A stretch of DNA of 64,000 nucleotides from Leucoraja ocellata (lineage: Eukaryota): NCBI GenBank assembly GCA_036785375.1, contig JAWMAR010000086.1, positions 7,378,001 through 7,442,000 of the forward strand. The letters are read 5' to 3'. Shown here in pieces: positions 13,500-26,650 of this stretch (positions are counted from its first letter, which is position 1; each line of letters opens with the position of its first letter). The notes under the pieces were generated by a model that searched no databases, was not told where the DNA came from, and saw only the letters and a program-made list of their open reading frames with translations. The translations under genes and the position numbers were made by a program.

Positions 13500-13780
13500 G
13501 AAAACAATTCCATGGTAGTGCAAGAGGTGGTCCATTGTACTCCTTAATGAGGTAGGATATAGGTTGTGCAGGTCAGTTCAAGAACCTGATGGTTGTAGGA
13601 AAGTAGCTGTTCCTGAACCTGGTTGTGTGGTTCAGGACCAGGCTCAGGAACAGATACTTTCCTACAACCATCAGGTTTCTGACCCTCCTGCCCAACAGTG
13701 GCAGCAAGAGGAGGACATGGTGGGGATCCTTGATCAAGGATGTCACCTCCTTGAGGCAACAACTCGTCGATGTTTTCAAA
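13500..13780 (-). mobile_element. Rex1/Babar LINE 3' fragment containing an internal fold-back duplication
   Basis: ORF 13573..13779(-) reads SLIKDPHH..LLPLLGRR..TTRFRNSYFPTTIRFLN, the C-terminus of the RT seen at 15198-15926. Confidence 0.8.
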
Positions 13781-14635
13781 AGCTGTGGAAGATTTAAATT
13801 ATTAAATTTAATACTAAAAAGAGAGGCAGTGTACCCACAAAGATGAAACCGACCGGTTCATGAAATATGCATTGGATTCGGTTACAAAGTGTTTGTTACC
13901 AAAGATACGTAAAAAGCTAGTTTTAGAACCTCAGCAGTACCTTCATCTTTCAACAAAATAAAACCTTCCAGCATTGCCCATATTCCGAGAATAAACATAT
14001 AACTTTAGTAACTATGCTTCTGCAAGAAAAGTTTTAGTAGACTAGTTTCCATTTAAATCACACACTGAGTTTCATTCTGAAGGTCTGAAAATCATAGAAT
14101 ATTCAAAGCTTCTACTAAATGGCTGATAGCACAAAGATTCTCCGATGACTAAAGCACCAATTAGATCATAAAGAAGCAAGTAATAAAAAAATGAGTAGCT
14201 GCTTACGTGGTTTAACAGAAAAAACTAAAAAATCTTCGCAAATGAAGCTCATGCAAACCCCCCTACAGATATTGGGAACTTTTTTTAAAGAACATCTATC
14301 CCAAATCTTTTCCAAAATTCAATGGTTAAGATCATAATGTGAACATGAATTCAGAAAATAAATATAAATCATATACTAGGCTTTCTGCACAAAGGTTAGT
14401 GCTGACATTCGACAGATTCGATGGGATAATGCCAACACTGCCAGCATTAAGAATAATTATTTTCATAACTGTTCAGAACATTGGGATTTCCCTCTACTTG
14501 CATTCAAATACAGTATCCTGCAATTGGTAAGAGTGATTTGCTGTTGGTCAGCAGACTGTGCTAACACTCTATGCCTCTCTCAACCAGAGAAGGGATAGAA
14601 AGGCTGAGAAGTGATGGAAATGGAACATATGTCAA

Positions 14636-14870
14636 CTCTTTAGTCAGAGGGTGGTGAATCTGTGGAATCCATTGCCAGACGGCTGTGGAGGCCAAGTCAA
14701 TGGATATTTTTAGGGTGGAGATCTACAGATTCTTGATTAGTGAGGGTGTCATGGGTTATGGGGCGAAGGCAGGAGAATGGGGTTGAGAGGGAAAAATATA
14801 TCAGCCATGATTGAATGGCAGAGTAGACTTTATGGGCCAAATTGCTTAATTCTGCTCCTATGAACTGTGG
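14636..14870 (+). mobile_element. CR1 LINE 3' end
   Basis: tttagtcagagggtggtgaatctgtggaa...cagccatgattgaatggc; closely similar to 41846-42070. Confidence 0.85.
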
Positions 14871-14914
14871 AGTGGAAATCATGGTTAAGTTATAAGAAAA
14901 GGATCATGGAAGTA

Positions 14915-15075
14915 CTGTTTTCTGCACCGTCCTATAAAAAAAACCAATTTCATTCATCCATCTTCTCCACCTCCATATCTCCACCATGTTTTCTGATGGT
15001 GACAACTTAGACACAAGGTGCCTTCTTTTTCTTGACCCATGTTTTTCTTCCATTATAACCAATACTTTTTTTCCA
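14915..15075 (+). mobile_element. Degenerate Penelope-like fragment (left part, split by a Rex LINE)
   Basis: Resembles the PLE segment HP.SCK.SIPFSQFLRLRRICSD...SFF. Continues at 16171. Confidence 0.5.
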
Positions 15076-15094
15076 ACCATATCTGGTCCAATTC

Positions 15095-16170
15095 CTGAGA
15101 GTCAGAGTGGGCCATCATACATCCACGGCCCTCAGCCTCAGTACCGGCTCTCCACAGGGCTGCGTACTGAGCCCCCTGCTCTACACCATCTACACACATG
15201 ACTGCACCCCCGCCCACCACAGCAACACCATTGTCAAATTTGCGGATGACACTACAGTGGTGGGACTCATCTCCGGGGGGGGACGAGTACGCCTACCGGG
15301 ATGAGGCGGAGCAGCTGACAGTGTGGTGTGGAGAAAATAACCTGCTCCTCAACACCTTAAAGACAAAGGAATTAATAATAGACTTTAGGAAGAATAAAAC
15401 GGACATGGTACCATTGACTATCAGAGGGGACTGTGTGGAGAGGGTGGCGGATTTCCGCTTCCTGGGAATCCATATTGAGGAGGACCTGACGTGGAGCGTG
15501 AACACCACTGCGCTGCTGAAAAAGGTCCAGCAGAGACTGCACTTCCTGAGGGTGCTCAGGAAGAATAACATCACTCAGAGACTGCTGCTGTCCTTTTATC
15601 GGTGCTCCATTGAGAGCATACTAACATACTGTGTATGCGTGTGGTACACCAGCTGCACAGCGGCTCAGAGGAAAACGCTCCAGAGGGCCATTGACAACGC
15701 CCAAAGGATTGTCGGCTGCCCTCTCCTTACCTTGGAGGACTTACACAGTTCCCGCTGCACCAAAAAATCCCAGAGTATCATAAAGGACATTTCCCACCCC
15801 GGACACTCCCTGTTTGAACTGTTGCCGTCAGGCAGACGGTACAGATCTACAAGGACAAGGACGAACAGGCTAAAAAACAGTTTTTACCCCACTGCTATAA
15901 AAGCACTAAATGTAGCCGCCAAGTAAAAGAGGGGCCAGACATACTAAGGGAATGTGGTACACTGTGAAATCGACAGAAGGATGGAGGGTTGGGTGTTTAT
16001 GCGTGCTATTTTCGTGATATTTATTTTAGTTGTTTATCTTTTAATATTTTATCTTGTATGTATCGTTAGCTTTTAGAAAGGTTTGAATGGTGCACTGGCT
16101 GGCTGACATTTTTAAATTTCGTTGTACATGGTTCATGTTACAATGACAATAAAGAAACTATTCTACTATT
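15095..16170 (+). mobile_element. Young 5'-truncated Rex1/Babar-type non-LTR retrotransposon (RT C-terminal half and 3' UTR)
   Basis: ORF 15107 has GSPQGCVLSPLLYTIYTHDC...KFADDTTVVGLIS. ORF 15198..15926 has KTKELIIDFRK...QQRLHFLRVL...HPGHSLFELLPSGRRYRS. One frameshift in a G8 run. 3' stem-loop followed by tgacaataaa. Confidence 0.93.
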
Positions 16171-16690
16171 TATGCTCCTTGGTTTCTCTTGTCATTACTG
16201 CCACATCACCAACTTCTGCGTTCACTGGATCAATCTCTGTACTGTTCTTTGCCTTCACCAACATTCTACCACAATGTTATTTACCCCCCATTTTAGAAGG
16301 GATCATTTTCTACACGGTTTCGTAGTTTACTATTCCATCTCTAGCAACCTCCCATCTCCTTTGCATGCATCTCTGCCCTTTCACTGCTTGCATTCCAACT
16401 ATCCGGGGATAGAAAAATACTCGAGGGAAACAGCAATTCAATTGTTTGTCACTTTTAATTCCCCATCCTACTTCCATTGTGTCCTCTCTTCTTCCAACTA
16501 GCTATATCACAATGCACAGGACCAAATAATGTCAAATAACTTGTCCATCTCATAATTGAGCATTTTGTTTTGATGAAAGATGACCCACAACACAAAAAGT
16601 GTTTTTATTTCTTCTCCATTGGTGCTGACCGAGTAATGTTTGAGTACAGTCATTAATCATTTTGTATCACAATATTCAACATTTTTTCTT
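16171..16690 (+). mobile_element. Degenerate Penelope-like fragment (linker/endonuclease region and pLTR-like end)
   Basis: FRRDHFLHGFVVYYSIS (cf. FRRD.SL.DSLVHSS) and FNSPS motifs, followed by a decayed ttgatgaaag...ctccattggtgctga family motif. Confidence 0.55.
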
Positions 16691-17748
16691 TCCACTCCTT
16701 TTCATTCATTTTCTACTTGCATTTCTTCCAGACAGATCAACTATGATTAATAAGCTCCTAGTCACCTTCTCTTGCTCGTGTCATTCATATCTGTGCCAAG
16801 CATGAGGCGATACAAGCTACGCTCTCCCCTCCATTTAGGCCAGCTAAAAGCTCTACAATTTAAGATGGGTTATAAGCTTTAAAAGTTAAAGTTATCAAGT
16901 TAATTTTATTCTGAAATCACCAATTGATTCTGTAATCTGTACTTTTAATAATTAATAGAATTTTTAAAAGGCACCACGGTGGTTTGGAGTTCTTTTAACT
17001 TTAGGAACTGCTTGCTTGTCCTGTTTGATTAAATTTTCCAATTATTCTTAATGTCTCTAGCATTTTGTTGTGATCATTCCAGTATATTTTTGGGTTAACC
17101 ACCACCTGCTTCCTTCCGGCACAGGGAGGATTGCTTAAGATGGGGAATTTTCAGGAAGTTTGCACTCTGTTAATGGTAACCAGGTGTTTTCCAGGGGCAG
17201 AGTGTACTCATCAGAAAGTTCAAAAGGTAAATGAATAATTTTAAAGTTACGATCTAAAATGATTATAAAGAATTTATGTCTGGACTGAACTTTATGGGAT
17301 GAAGGGTCTGTTCCTGTGCAGTATTGTTTAATGTTTCAACAGCATTTTCTGTTCTTAATGAAACAGAAATGCCGTGTCTTCCGGGTGAATGGAAATTGCA
17401 GTATTTATTGAATGCAAAATATTTATTTACTCATCTCAGCCGTATAAGCAAACATACCCTTTAAACAATGTTTCTGTTCATATCATCTGGTATCTATGTC
17501 ATTGGATCTATGGCCGATGATTTTTCTCCACCTAAACTTCATGGTTCAAAAGTTTATAGATTTCCTATTTCTGGTGCATAAATATTTGTTAAATCCCTTT
17601 ACTCACCCCCCAAAGTCATGTGAAAAGATGGGTGGCCTATCAGTATTTAACAAATTAAGATTGAGCATGAAGGTAACCAAACATGTTTCCACATCCAGCT
17701 TTGGAATCAAACACAGGAACTTCATTCAAAATAACATCCACATGCCGA

Positions 17749-17870
17749 CACAGGAAACTGCAGACGCCAAAATCATGTCCAGTTCAGAAGGGTTTACACC
17801 TGAAAAGTCATCTGTCCATTCCCTCCAGAGATCCACCTGACCCACCGAGTTTCTCCTGCACTGTTTAGCT
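17749..17870 (+). repeat. Diverged hammerhead-family repeat
   Basis: gaaactgcagacgcc...cagaagggtttacacctgaaaagtcatctgtccattccctccagagat. Confidence 0.65.
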
Positions 17871-18719
17871 CAACATCCACACGTCAGTGAATTTCGTAGC
17901 TTAATCTTTTAAAATCAAATCGGTTATTGCATTTATCGGTTTATTAGATCTATAACCAAAAACTGATCCAATATTTGGCAATTTTACGTTCACCAGGAAA
18001 TAAAATTCTGGACTCAATGAAACTAAAATAATTGGACTCAATGCTCATTTGATGTTTGATTCAAATTTTTTTTTCAAATCTGTAATGAGGAATTGGACAA
18101 CGGATCTGCTGGCTCCTTGGGATTGGAAATCGGTACTTTATGTTTGTCACTTTACTTTCTGCACTACTTCCATTTGTGCGTCAATAAACAGAAAATGCAA
18201 GAAAAACTCAGTAGCCTTTCCACCGATGCTGCCAAACCTCCTGAGTATTTTCTGCATTTTCAGATTTTTTCCGATTTCCCGCATCTGGAATTTTTGGACT
18301 GTCATGTATATCTGCTGATAGGACAGGCAATCTGACACAGAGCACAAAACAGTGCACATAATTCTTGAGATATTTTGAACTTTAACGAAACTGCAAAGTG
18401 TCCTGTTACTTATGGTCACTAAATTCTCATTATCTTCCATATATAACTTCCCCCTATTGTTCAGAGAAAAGGATAGTAGTGTCCTTGAGAAAGTCTAATT
18501 ATGTTTATGTACTGAAAGACCATTAACTAAATTAACAGGAAAGCCACTTCCTTCATACTACTTGGTGGGACATCAGCATATCGCAACACTACCAACATTA
18601 TTTCATAAGTAGGGTCATTCAGAAAATGAAAATTGTGCAAAAATGAAATCTTAACAAAAGTTGTGGTGTTGCTCATGTATCTCAGCATTGTGTCCAAGCA
18701 ATTGCAAATGTATATTTAT

Positions 18720-18940
18720 ATGAAGGAAGGAGGAACTGCAGATGCTGGTTTACAAAAAAAGAGACAAAGTGCTAGAGTAACTCTTCTCTGGAGGAAACAT
18801 CTCTGGAGACTATGGACAGATGACATTTTGGGTCGGGACCTTTCTTCAATCAATCCGATCCGAAACGTCACCTACCCACGTTCCCTGGAGAAGTTGCCTA
18901 ATTTGACATGTTATTTATAGTACTTTGTCTCTTTTTTATA
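18720..18940. repeat. Fold-back hammerhead-family element
   Basis: Left arm ggaactgcagatgctggttt...gacattttgggtcgggacctttcttca is inverted relative to the right arm ccgaaacgtcacc...tactttgtctcttttt. Confidence 0.8.
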
Positions 18941-19744
18941 TTTATATTAATTTATTTCACACTACATAACCTTCAATGTGGTGGGTCAAAATTTCCACAG
19001 GGTGACTGTTCAGAAATAGATGCAATTTAAAAACGATATTATACAACATGCAATATTGTTCCACATATCTATGCTCTATAATGCAAGAGCATTTAATTCC
19101 CAAGCTGTGAGTATAATTGAAGTCCAGGCAGCAAAACATTCATACATAATTTAGATTACATTCTTTTGCACTTTAGTAATTTGAGACTAGCAAATAGATT
19201 TAACAGAAGTAATAACCTTATCTGCATTAGTATTGGTTTAAATGGAACAGTGTAACCTTCTAGTTTCACATGTATAACAACTAACATGTTACAAAGTACA
19301 GTTGAACGATTGATTATTCTTTCGACAATAAAGCTAAAAAAGTAATGATTCTTTGAGTTGCTTGTGGGTTCATTGATCGAGCCCTGGAATCACGAGATCC
19401 CTTCCTCTCGATCATGCTGCCTCGTCCACTGTGATCCTAAGCTTTCTTCTGATGGGAGGCTGGCTCCTGGCTCATCAGCACAATGTGGATGAGCATTGTG
19501 CAGTGCAGGGCACACAACTGAATGACAAAGAATGATTTTGATAACAAGCAAAGCCCCACACCCATCCTCACCATCCACAATTTAAGCATTCAACATACCT
19601 TTACATTGAAACATGAAGCTCTCAGGGATTATTAAGAAAAAATCTTGTAATTTTGTTTCACTAAAATCATTCACATACATGATGATGAACACTGCTAAAC
19701 TAATTGAATTAAATAAAATGTAAAGCAAAAAAAAGCCTGACCCT

Positions 19745-20560
19745 CTGCTTGCCTTGCAGCCATTTTACTCCATATAACCGACAACTGTGCAGCCAAGTAC
19801 AAATCCAATTCAATTTACAAATTAACAGATGACACCATCATAGTGGGCCGGATATCAAATAATGACAAGACGGAGTATAGGAAGGAGATTGAGAACCTCG
19901 TAACCAAGTGTCAAGACAACAAACTTTCTCTCAATGTCAGCAAGGCAAAAAAGGCAATGATGGACTTCAAGAAGCGAAACGGTACATATATCCCGGTATA
20001 TATTGATGGCACCGAAGTAGAGATGGTTGAAAACTTCAAGTTCCTCAGAGTAAAGCATTTTATTGGGATGCATCATAACATGAGTTGGGAACAGCTCCAT
20101 TCGCACCACAAACAATTGCAGAGAATTGTGGATGCAGCCCAGATCATCGCACAAACCAACATCCCTTCCACAGACTCCATCTGTGCTTCATGCTGCCTTA
20201 GCAAAACACCAGCATAATCAAGGACGAGTCTCATCGTAGTCACTCCCTCTTCTCCCATCAGGCAAGAGGCACAGAAATGTGAACATGCATACCTCCAGAC
20301 TCGGGGACAGTTTATACCCAGCAGTTATCAGGCAAATGAACCATACTATCAACGACTGGAGAGCGGGCCTGAGCTACTATCTACCTCATTGGAGACCCTT
20401 AGACTACCTTTAATCGGACTTTATCTTGCACTAACGTTATTCTCAAACGTTTATCATGTATCTCAAAACTGTTGACGGCTTGATTGTAATCATATAGTCT
20501 TTCCACTGACTAGTCAACCAAAAGCTTTTCACAGTACCCGGGTACACATGACAATACCTA
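19745..20560 (+). mobile_element. Decayed Rex1/Babar LINE (RT end and 3' UTR)
   Basis: ORF 19843 reads GRISNNDKTEYRKEIENLV...SLNVSKAKKAMMDFKK...VENFKFL. The tail is gcttttcacagtacccgggtacacatgacaata. Confidence 0.88.
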
Positions 20561-21405
20561 AATTAAGTTTTAATGGGATCACTGAAAGGTACCTGACAAA
20601 TTTCCCAGTCTGTGATCAGGAAAACATGTATAGGCTTGTGCTGTTCCCTTGGACTTCCTGGTGAAGACACCAGTGCAGTGGAAGAGTAGCCTGAAGCACT
20701 GGCAGCAGAGCCGATGCCACAGCCATTTTAGGCCCAAGCCGGTGCTAGACCGCAGGACTTTCATGTAGAACCAGAACTAAGCCCATGGCAATCTTTTTTT
20801 TTTAATTCTCAAGGAAAAATGGTAAACAATGAAAAATAAGTTCTAATCAATTCAGAATTACCAAACAGACACTTGCAGGGATCCAATTGCTTTTAACCAA
20901 GGGCTGAAGACTGCCGTTAGATAAAACCACACTCCATGTACCAGATCTGCTGGTTACTGATTGGTGAATGGAGGGGAGGGGACAATTAATGGGAACAAAT
21001 AAAAGAACAGAAATTGAATTAATTTAGGATTATTGTAATTGGATCCTCGAGGGCGAACGTGAATTAAAAATAGATTTCCCTCATTCTTTGCTTGGTACTC
21101 AAGAAATACATCAACCAATGTAAATATTGAAAAAAAATATTGCTTTAACTTATAACTCAGATCATATTAAAGAAATAAAATTGGAATAGAAAATAAGACC
21201 ACTAATTGAAAGCTAGAAATAGTCATATTAAAATTGATATGGGATGCATTCAAGTTGCATTTAAATCATAATAGAAAGATACTGCATGAGCAAATTCAGT
21301 AAGAGTACTACAACAGTAAATTTACATATTCTGCCAGAAATTATTTTTAAGTAATGTTTTACTTTTGCATAGTATTTATTTCATAATTGATCCAAAAACT
21401 GCCCA

Positions 21406-21630
21406 GTGTGTAGAAAGGAACTGCAGATGCTGATATATAACACCGATGGATGCAGAGTGCTGGAGCAACTCAGATCAGGCAGCTTCTCTGGAGAAAAAGG
21501 ATGGATGACAATTCAGGTCGGGACACCTCTTCAAACTCCTTTTTCAGTCTGAAGAAGGGTCTCGCCCGACAAGAAAGGTCATCCATCCTTTTTCTCTGGA
21601 AATGCTGCCTGATCTGCTGAGTTACTAGCT
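21406..21630. repeat. Fold-back hammerhead-family element
   Basis: Arms caggcagcttctctggagaaaaaggatggatgac and gtcatccatcctttttctctggaaatgctgcctg are inverted. The centre is cagtctgaagaagggtctcgcccga. Confidence 0.85.
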
Positions 21631-22139
21631 CGTGTGTTATGGTTTATCCAAAACAATTCATTCTTCACATTGATATTACATTCATTGTTACGTTGATTTT
21701 GAACCAGATTTTTAAAAAATTCACTAATGCATGCTGAATTTACTGGTCAGAACAATTAAATTATGCAACAGCCAAGTCATTAATGAGGTAAAGCAAAATA
21801 TTACCGCCCAAACATTCCTACAGCTCATAACTAAAATTAAAAGACTTTTTCATTGGTCTATAATTATTTAATTAAAATGTCACTTGTAAACCAGAGACAA
21901 TTACAGCCATTCCCAGTTGCCCAGTAGATCAATACGAGGGAGCAAACCAAGATTACATTGTAATGGGTTGCATAAATTGAATTAATTGGAAATAATAAAA
22001 TCTGTTCTGAAAAAAATTATTGGTCCATTTACAGCTTTTATGAATCAATGTATCTGATGAACATGCAGTTTTGAAATTAAACTTAGTGGTATACATTTGA
22101 AATAACTCAGGAATATGCACAGTGCCCAACAGTAATGAT

Positions 22140-22450
22140 ATTCAATTCTGAAATAAAAACAGAACAGTGGAAGAACTCAAACATCTGTGGAGGCAAAAAG
22201 GTGCAAGTCGATTTTTGGGATGAGACACTGCATCAAGACTGAGACAGAAGAAAGATTGCTATATAGTGGTGTGTTTGCGTTAGGGGGGGAATAGATGCTA
22301 GTAGGTAATTGGTGAAGCCAGATGGGTAGGGGATAATGACCAAATCAAACCAGGTGGGGGAGGTGATGTGTTTGAGACTTTGTTGATAGGTATGATTAGA
22401 TGGGGAGGAGGTGATGGGCTTATGGAACAAGGTTGGGAGGGGGTCAGGGG
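22140..22450 (-). mobile_element. Old Penelope-like terminal repeat (pLTR) with a decayed hammerhead motif
   Basis: The minus strand reads a pyrimidine-rich tract, then agtcttgatgcagtgtctcatcccaaaaatcgac...ctccacagatg...ctgtttttatttcaga. Confidence 0.55.
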
Positions 22451-22987
22451 GCTGAACAAAAGGACAGCACTCACTGGAAGGTGTTCCAGAGAGGGGAAGC
22501 CGAGTTGGATAAATCTTGCCCTTAAGTCCTCAATCGTATTTTCTATGTGTTGGCCAAGAGGATGTTGGCGGAGGAAGAGGTGGGGGCTGTAGTTCCCAAT
22601 GTTTCTTTTAGCTTTGATTTATTTCTGGTGACTACATTTGTGAATGTTGGGAATACAGATCAATGACATTGAAGGAGAGCAACAGAAACACCATTCAATG
22701 CCCATCAAATTACCATTTGACAAATGACAGATTAAAAAGCATCAATCGAGTCTTCTTTGCAATGATGAGGCAGAACATATCACTTACATGTGCAGCCATG
22801 CTGCTGCAGGAAATTAAGAAATTAACTATTACCCTGCTAAATACAAAAGCAGAATCATGCAGATGTTGGAAATCTAAATCGTTAACCGGAAAATGCTATA
22901 TAAACGAAGCAGGTCCCACAAATTTATCAAGGGAGATAGAATTATGGTCCAGGTCAATGAAGTTCATCTGAACAGGTTCTCTCACAG

Positions 22988-25485
22988 ATAGAGTCATACA
23001 GTGTGGAAACAGGCCCTTCGGCCCAACTCGCATACACTGGCCAACAATGTCCCAGCTACACTAGTCCCACTTGCTTGCGCTTGGTCCATATCTCTCCAAA
23101 CCTGTCCTATCCATGCATGTGTCTAACTGTTTCTTAAACGATGGGATAGTCCCAATGTCAACTACCTCCTCTGGCAGCTTGTTCCATACACCCACTGCCC
23201 TTTGTGTGAAAAAGTAATCCATCGGTTTCCTATTAAATCTTTTCCCCCTCACCTTGAATTTATGTCCTCGATTCCCCTAATCTGGGCAAAAGACTCTGTG
23301 CATCTACCCGATCTATTCCTCTCATTTTGTATACTTCTATAAGATCTCCCCTCATTCTGCTGCGCTCCATGGAATAGAGACCCAGCCTAGTCAACCTCTC
23401 CCTATAGCTCACATCCTCTAATCCTGGAAACATCCTTGTAAATCTTTTCAGAACCCTTTCAAGCTTGACAATATCTTTCCTATAACATTGGTGCCCAGAA
23501 CTGAACACAATATTCTAAATGCGGTCTCACCTACATTCTTATACAACTGCAACATGTCCTCCCAACTTCTATACACAATACTCTGGCTGATGAAGGCCAA
23601 AGTGCCACAAGCCTTTTTGACCATCTTATGTACCTGCGACTCGACCTTCAAGGAATCATGCACCTGTACTCCTAGATCCCTCTGCTCTACAACACAACGC
23701 AGAGGCCTACCATTTACTGTGTAGGTCCTGCCCATATTCAACGTCCTAAAATGCAACACCTCACACTTCTCTGGATTAAATTCCATCAAACATTCCTCTG
23801 CCCACCTGGCCAATCGATCCAGATTCTGCTGCAATTGTTCACAACCATCTTCACTATCTGCAAAACCACTAACTTTTGTAACATTGGCAAACTTACTTAT
23901 CTTGCCCTGTATGTTCTCATCCAACTCATTGATGTAGATGACAAACAGTAACGGGCCCAACACCGAACCCTGAGGCACACCACTAGTCACAGGTATCCAG
24001 TCTGAGAAGCAACCTTCCACCATCACCCTCTGCTTCCTTCCATGGAGTCAATTTGCTAACCATTCAGTTATCTCTCTTTGGATCCCACGCAATCTAACCT
24101 TCCAGAGCAGCCAACCCTGCGGAACCTTGTCGAACGCCTTACTGAAGTCCATGTACACAACATCTACAGCTCTGCCCTCATCAACTTAAAAATAAAAATC
24201 AGCTTTGTGAGGCACAACCTCCCACATACAAAACCATGCCGACTATCCCTAATCAGCCCTTGCCCATCCAAATGTCTGTATATCCTATCCCACAGAATAC
24301 TCTCCAGTAACTTACCAACTACAGATGTTAAGCTCACCGGCCTATAGTTCCAAGCATTTTCCCTGCAGCCCTTCTTGAAAAGAGGTACAACATTTACCAC
24401 CCTCCAGTCTTCCGGCACCTCTCCTGTATTTAATGACGACTTGCAAATTTCAACCAGGGCTCCCGCACGCAATTTCCTCTCTAGGTTCCCCACAATGTCC
24501 TCGGATATATCAGATCAGGCCCTGGAGATTTGCCTACCTTCAAACACGATAGCACCGTCAGTACTTCTTCGACAGTAACCCTGACTGCTCTCAAGGCACT
24601 TCCAGTGGCTGCTCCAATTTCCTCCATCCTACTATCTTTCTCCTCGGTAAATACGGAGGAGAAATACTCAATTTGGACCTTGCCCATTTCCTGGGGCTCC
24701 ACACAGAGGTGACCGCTTTGATTCCTAAGAGGTCCTATTCTCTCTCTCTAGTTACCCTTTTCCCCCTTATGCATTTAAAAGGTCTGTTGGGGTTGTCCTT
24801 AATGCTACCCCGCCAGAGCTATCTCCTGGCCCCTTTTTGCCCTTCTGATTTCCTTCTTTAGTTTACTTAGTTCCCGAAACTCCGCCAGGGATACACTTGA
24901 TCCCAGCTGCCTATACCTGTCCCATGCATCCTTCTTGTTTTTGACCGATGCCTCAATTTCCCTCGTCAGCCAAGCGTCCTTACATTTGCCTCCTTTGCCC
25001 TTCACTCTAACGGGGACGTACACACCATGAGCTTTCTTCAGTACACTTTTAAAAACATCCCACTTGGCCGTTGTTCCTTTCGCCTATAATAACCTGCTCC
25101 AGTCAACTTGAGCGAGACCTCTCATACCCTCAAAGTTGGTCTTACCCCAGTTGAGCATTTTAACATGTGGACTCTCTCCGTTCCTATCCATATCTATCTT
25201 CAACCTAATCGAACTGTGGTCACTGGTCCCAAAAGGCTCCTCCATACACACTTCATTAACTTGCACTTCCCAATTTATCAATACTAGATCAGGTGTTGCC
25301 CTCTCACGTGTGAGGGCCTCCACATACTGCTTAAGAAAACTCTCCTGAACACTTTTGAGGAATTGCACCCATCTGATTGGGGTGTAATTCCCAATTGCAC
25401 CCCATAGGAAAGTTAAAATCCCCAACTACAAAAACCTTATTAGACCTGCAGCAGTCTGCAATTTCCCAGCACATTTGTTACCTAA
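22988..25485 (-). mobile_element. CR1 LINE, about 2.5 kb, 5'-truncated: end of the APE endonuclease, RT and 3' UTR, with several frameshifts
   Basis: Minus-strand ORFs give GTSDHSSI (endonuclease), KSPGPD.IYPR, PEDWRVVNVVPLFKKG..NYRPVSLTSVVGKLLE, SGVPQGSVLGPLLFVIYIN and RGDLIEVYK. Confidence 0.96.
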
Positions 25486-26229
25486 TTGGTCAGTAATACC
25501 ATCAGACTCAGTTTTTATGTCAGCATCACTTGCTCCATCTCAATTGCTGACACACATTTCAAAAGATATTATCCGATTGATATTTTTATATGACCCAAAT
25601 CCCAGAATAACATTTTTGTATTGATTTTAATCTCACTCTAACAGCTATTAAGAATAATTTCTCTTATAAATATAGCTGAGGCAAGTTGTCAGCCACAATC
25701 TTAATGAAAGCAGGGCACGCTTGTGTGACCTTTGATTGCTTTTATTTCATATGTTGGGAGCTACCATACAAAGTTCCTAAAGGGCAGAAAATAACCAAAA
25801 TAAAATTATTAAAGGTACAAAACTAAAATTACAGGAAGATCAAAAGGGAAAATCTTGCCCAGATACTGGTGGCCATGGTGACCCAAGAGCACTTGGAAGA
25901 GTGTGTAGAGGAACAAAATGGAACAAATGCAGTCCATGAAAAATCTGGTAATTTTGTAAGATAAGGAAATGATGGGCACATACTTCAGTGCAGGAAGACG
26001 ACTGGGTATTGCACTTTCTAAGGGTACAACTAACTTGGCATTTCGCCAGCCTTGCCTGCTAATTCTAAATTGTGCTATTTATGTCCCAAAGTGCTCCTGT
26101 CTGGTCAATATGTTGTACTCAATATTCATTGAGGGGTTTATACGTAATTATATTTAAAAATCATTTACCAACATATTTTGTTTTAAGAAAAACACGACTG
26201 AGAAATGATATCATTGTGCCTCTTATAAG

Positions 26230-26650
26230 ACTTGGGATAAATGCTTCATAACCCTTATTAAAGGCAACAAAATTAGTCTGAAGAAAAAGGTAATAAAGAA
26301 TCTAAAAATACAGAATCATAAACAATATTATTTTGTGCATATCCCTTAGAAATTTGAGAAGGTTACCTAATTAGACCAGGGTGGATCCAGCAAATATAAT
26401 TTACTTGAAATATTCAAACGATGATTAAGACTTACAGAATTAATGGAACTGAGTTGGCAGAATTGGAAATTGGCTTATGTACAAAAAAACAAGGCTGATG
26501 AGAACTGGACAGCACTCTATCTGGAATTAGCAAAACTTAATGGGATAATATTCTCAGTCCCCTGCTGTTTACATGATTAATTTATACACGCTGAAACAGG
26601 TAATTGCAACAACGGAAAAATTGCTGACGATGCCAAGTGGTGTGCTCAGG
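26230..26650 (+). mobile_element. Very degenerate CR1 RT fragment
   Basis: agtcccctgctgttt...attgctgacgatgccaag resembles GPLLF...FADDTK. Confidence 0.45.
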
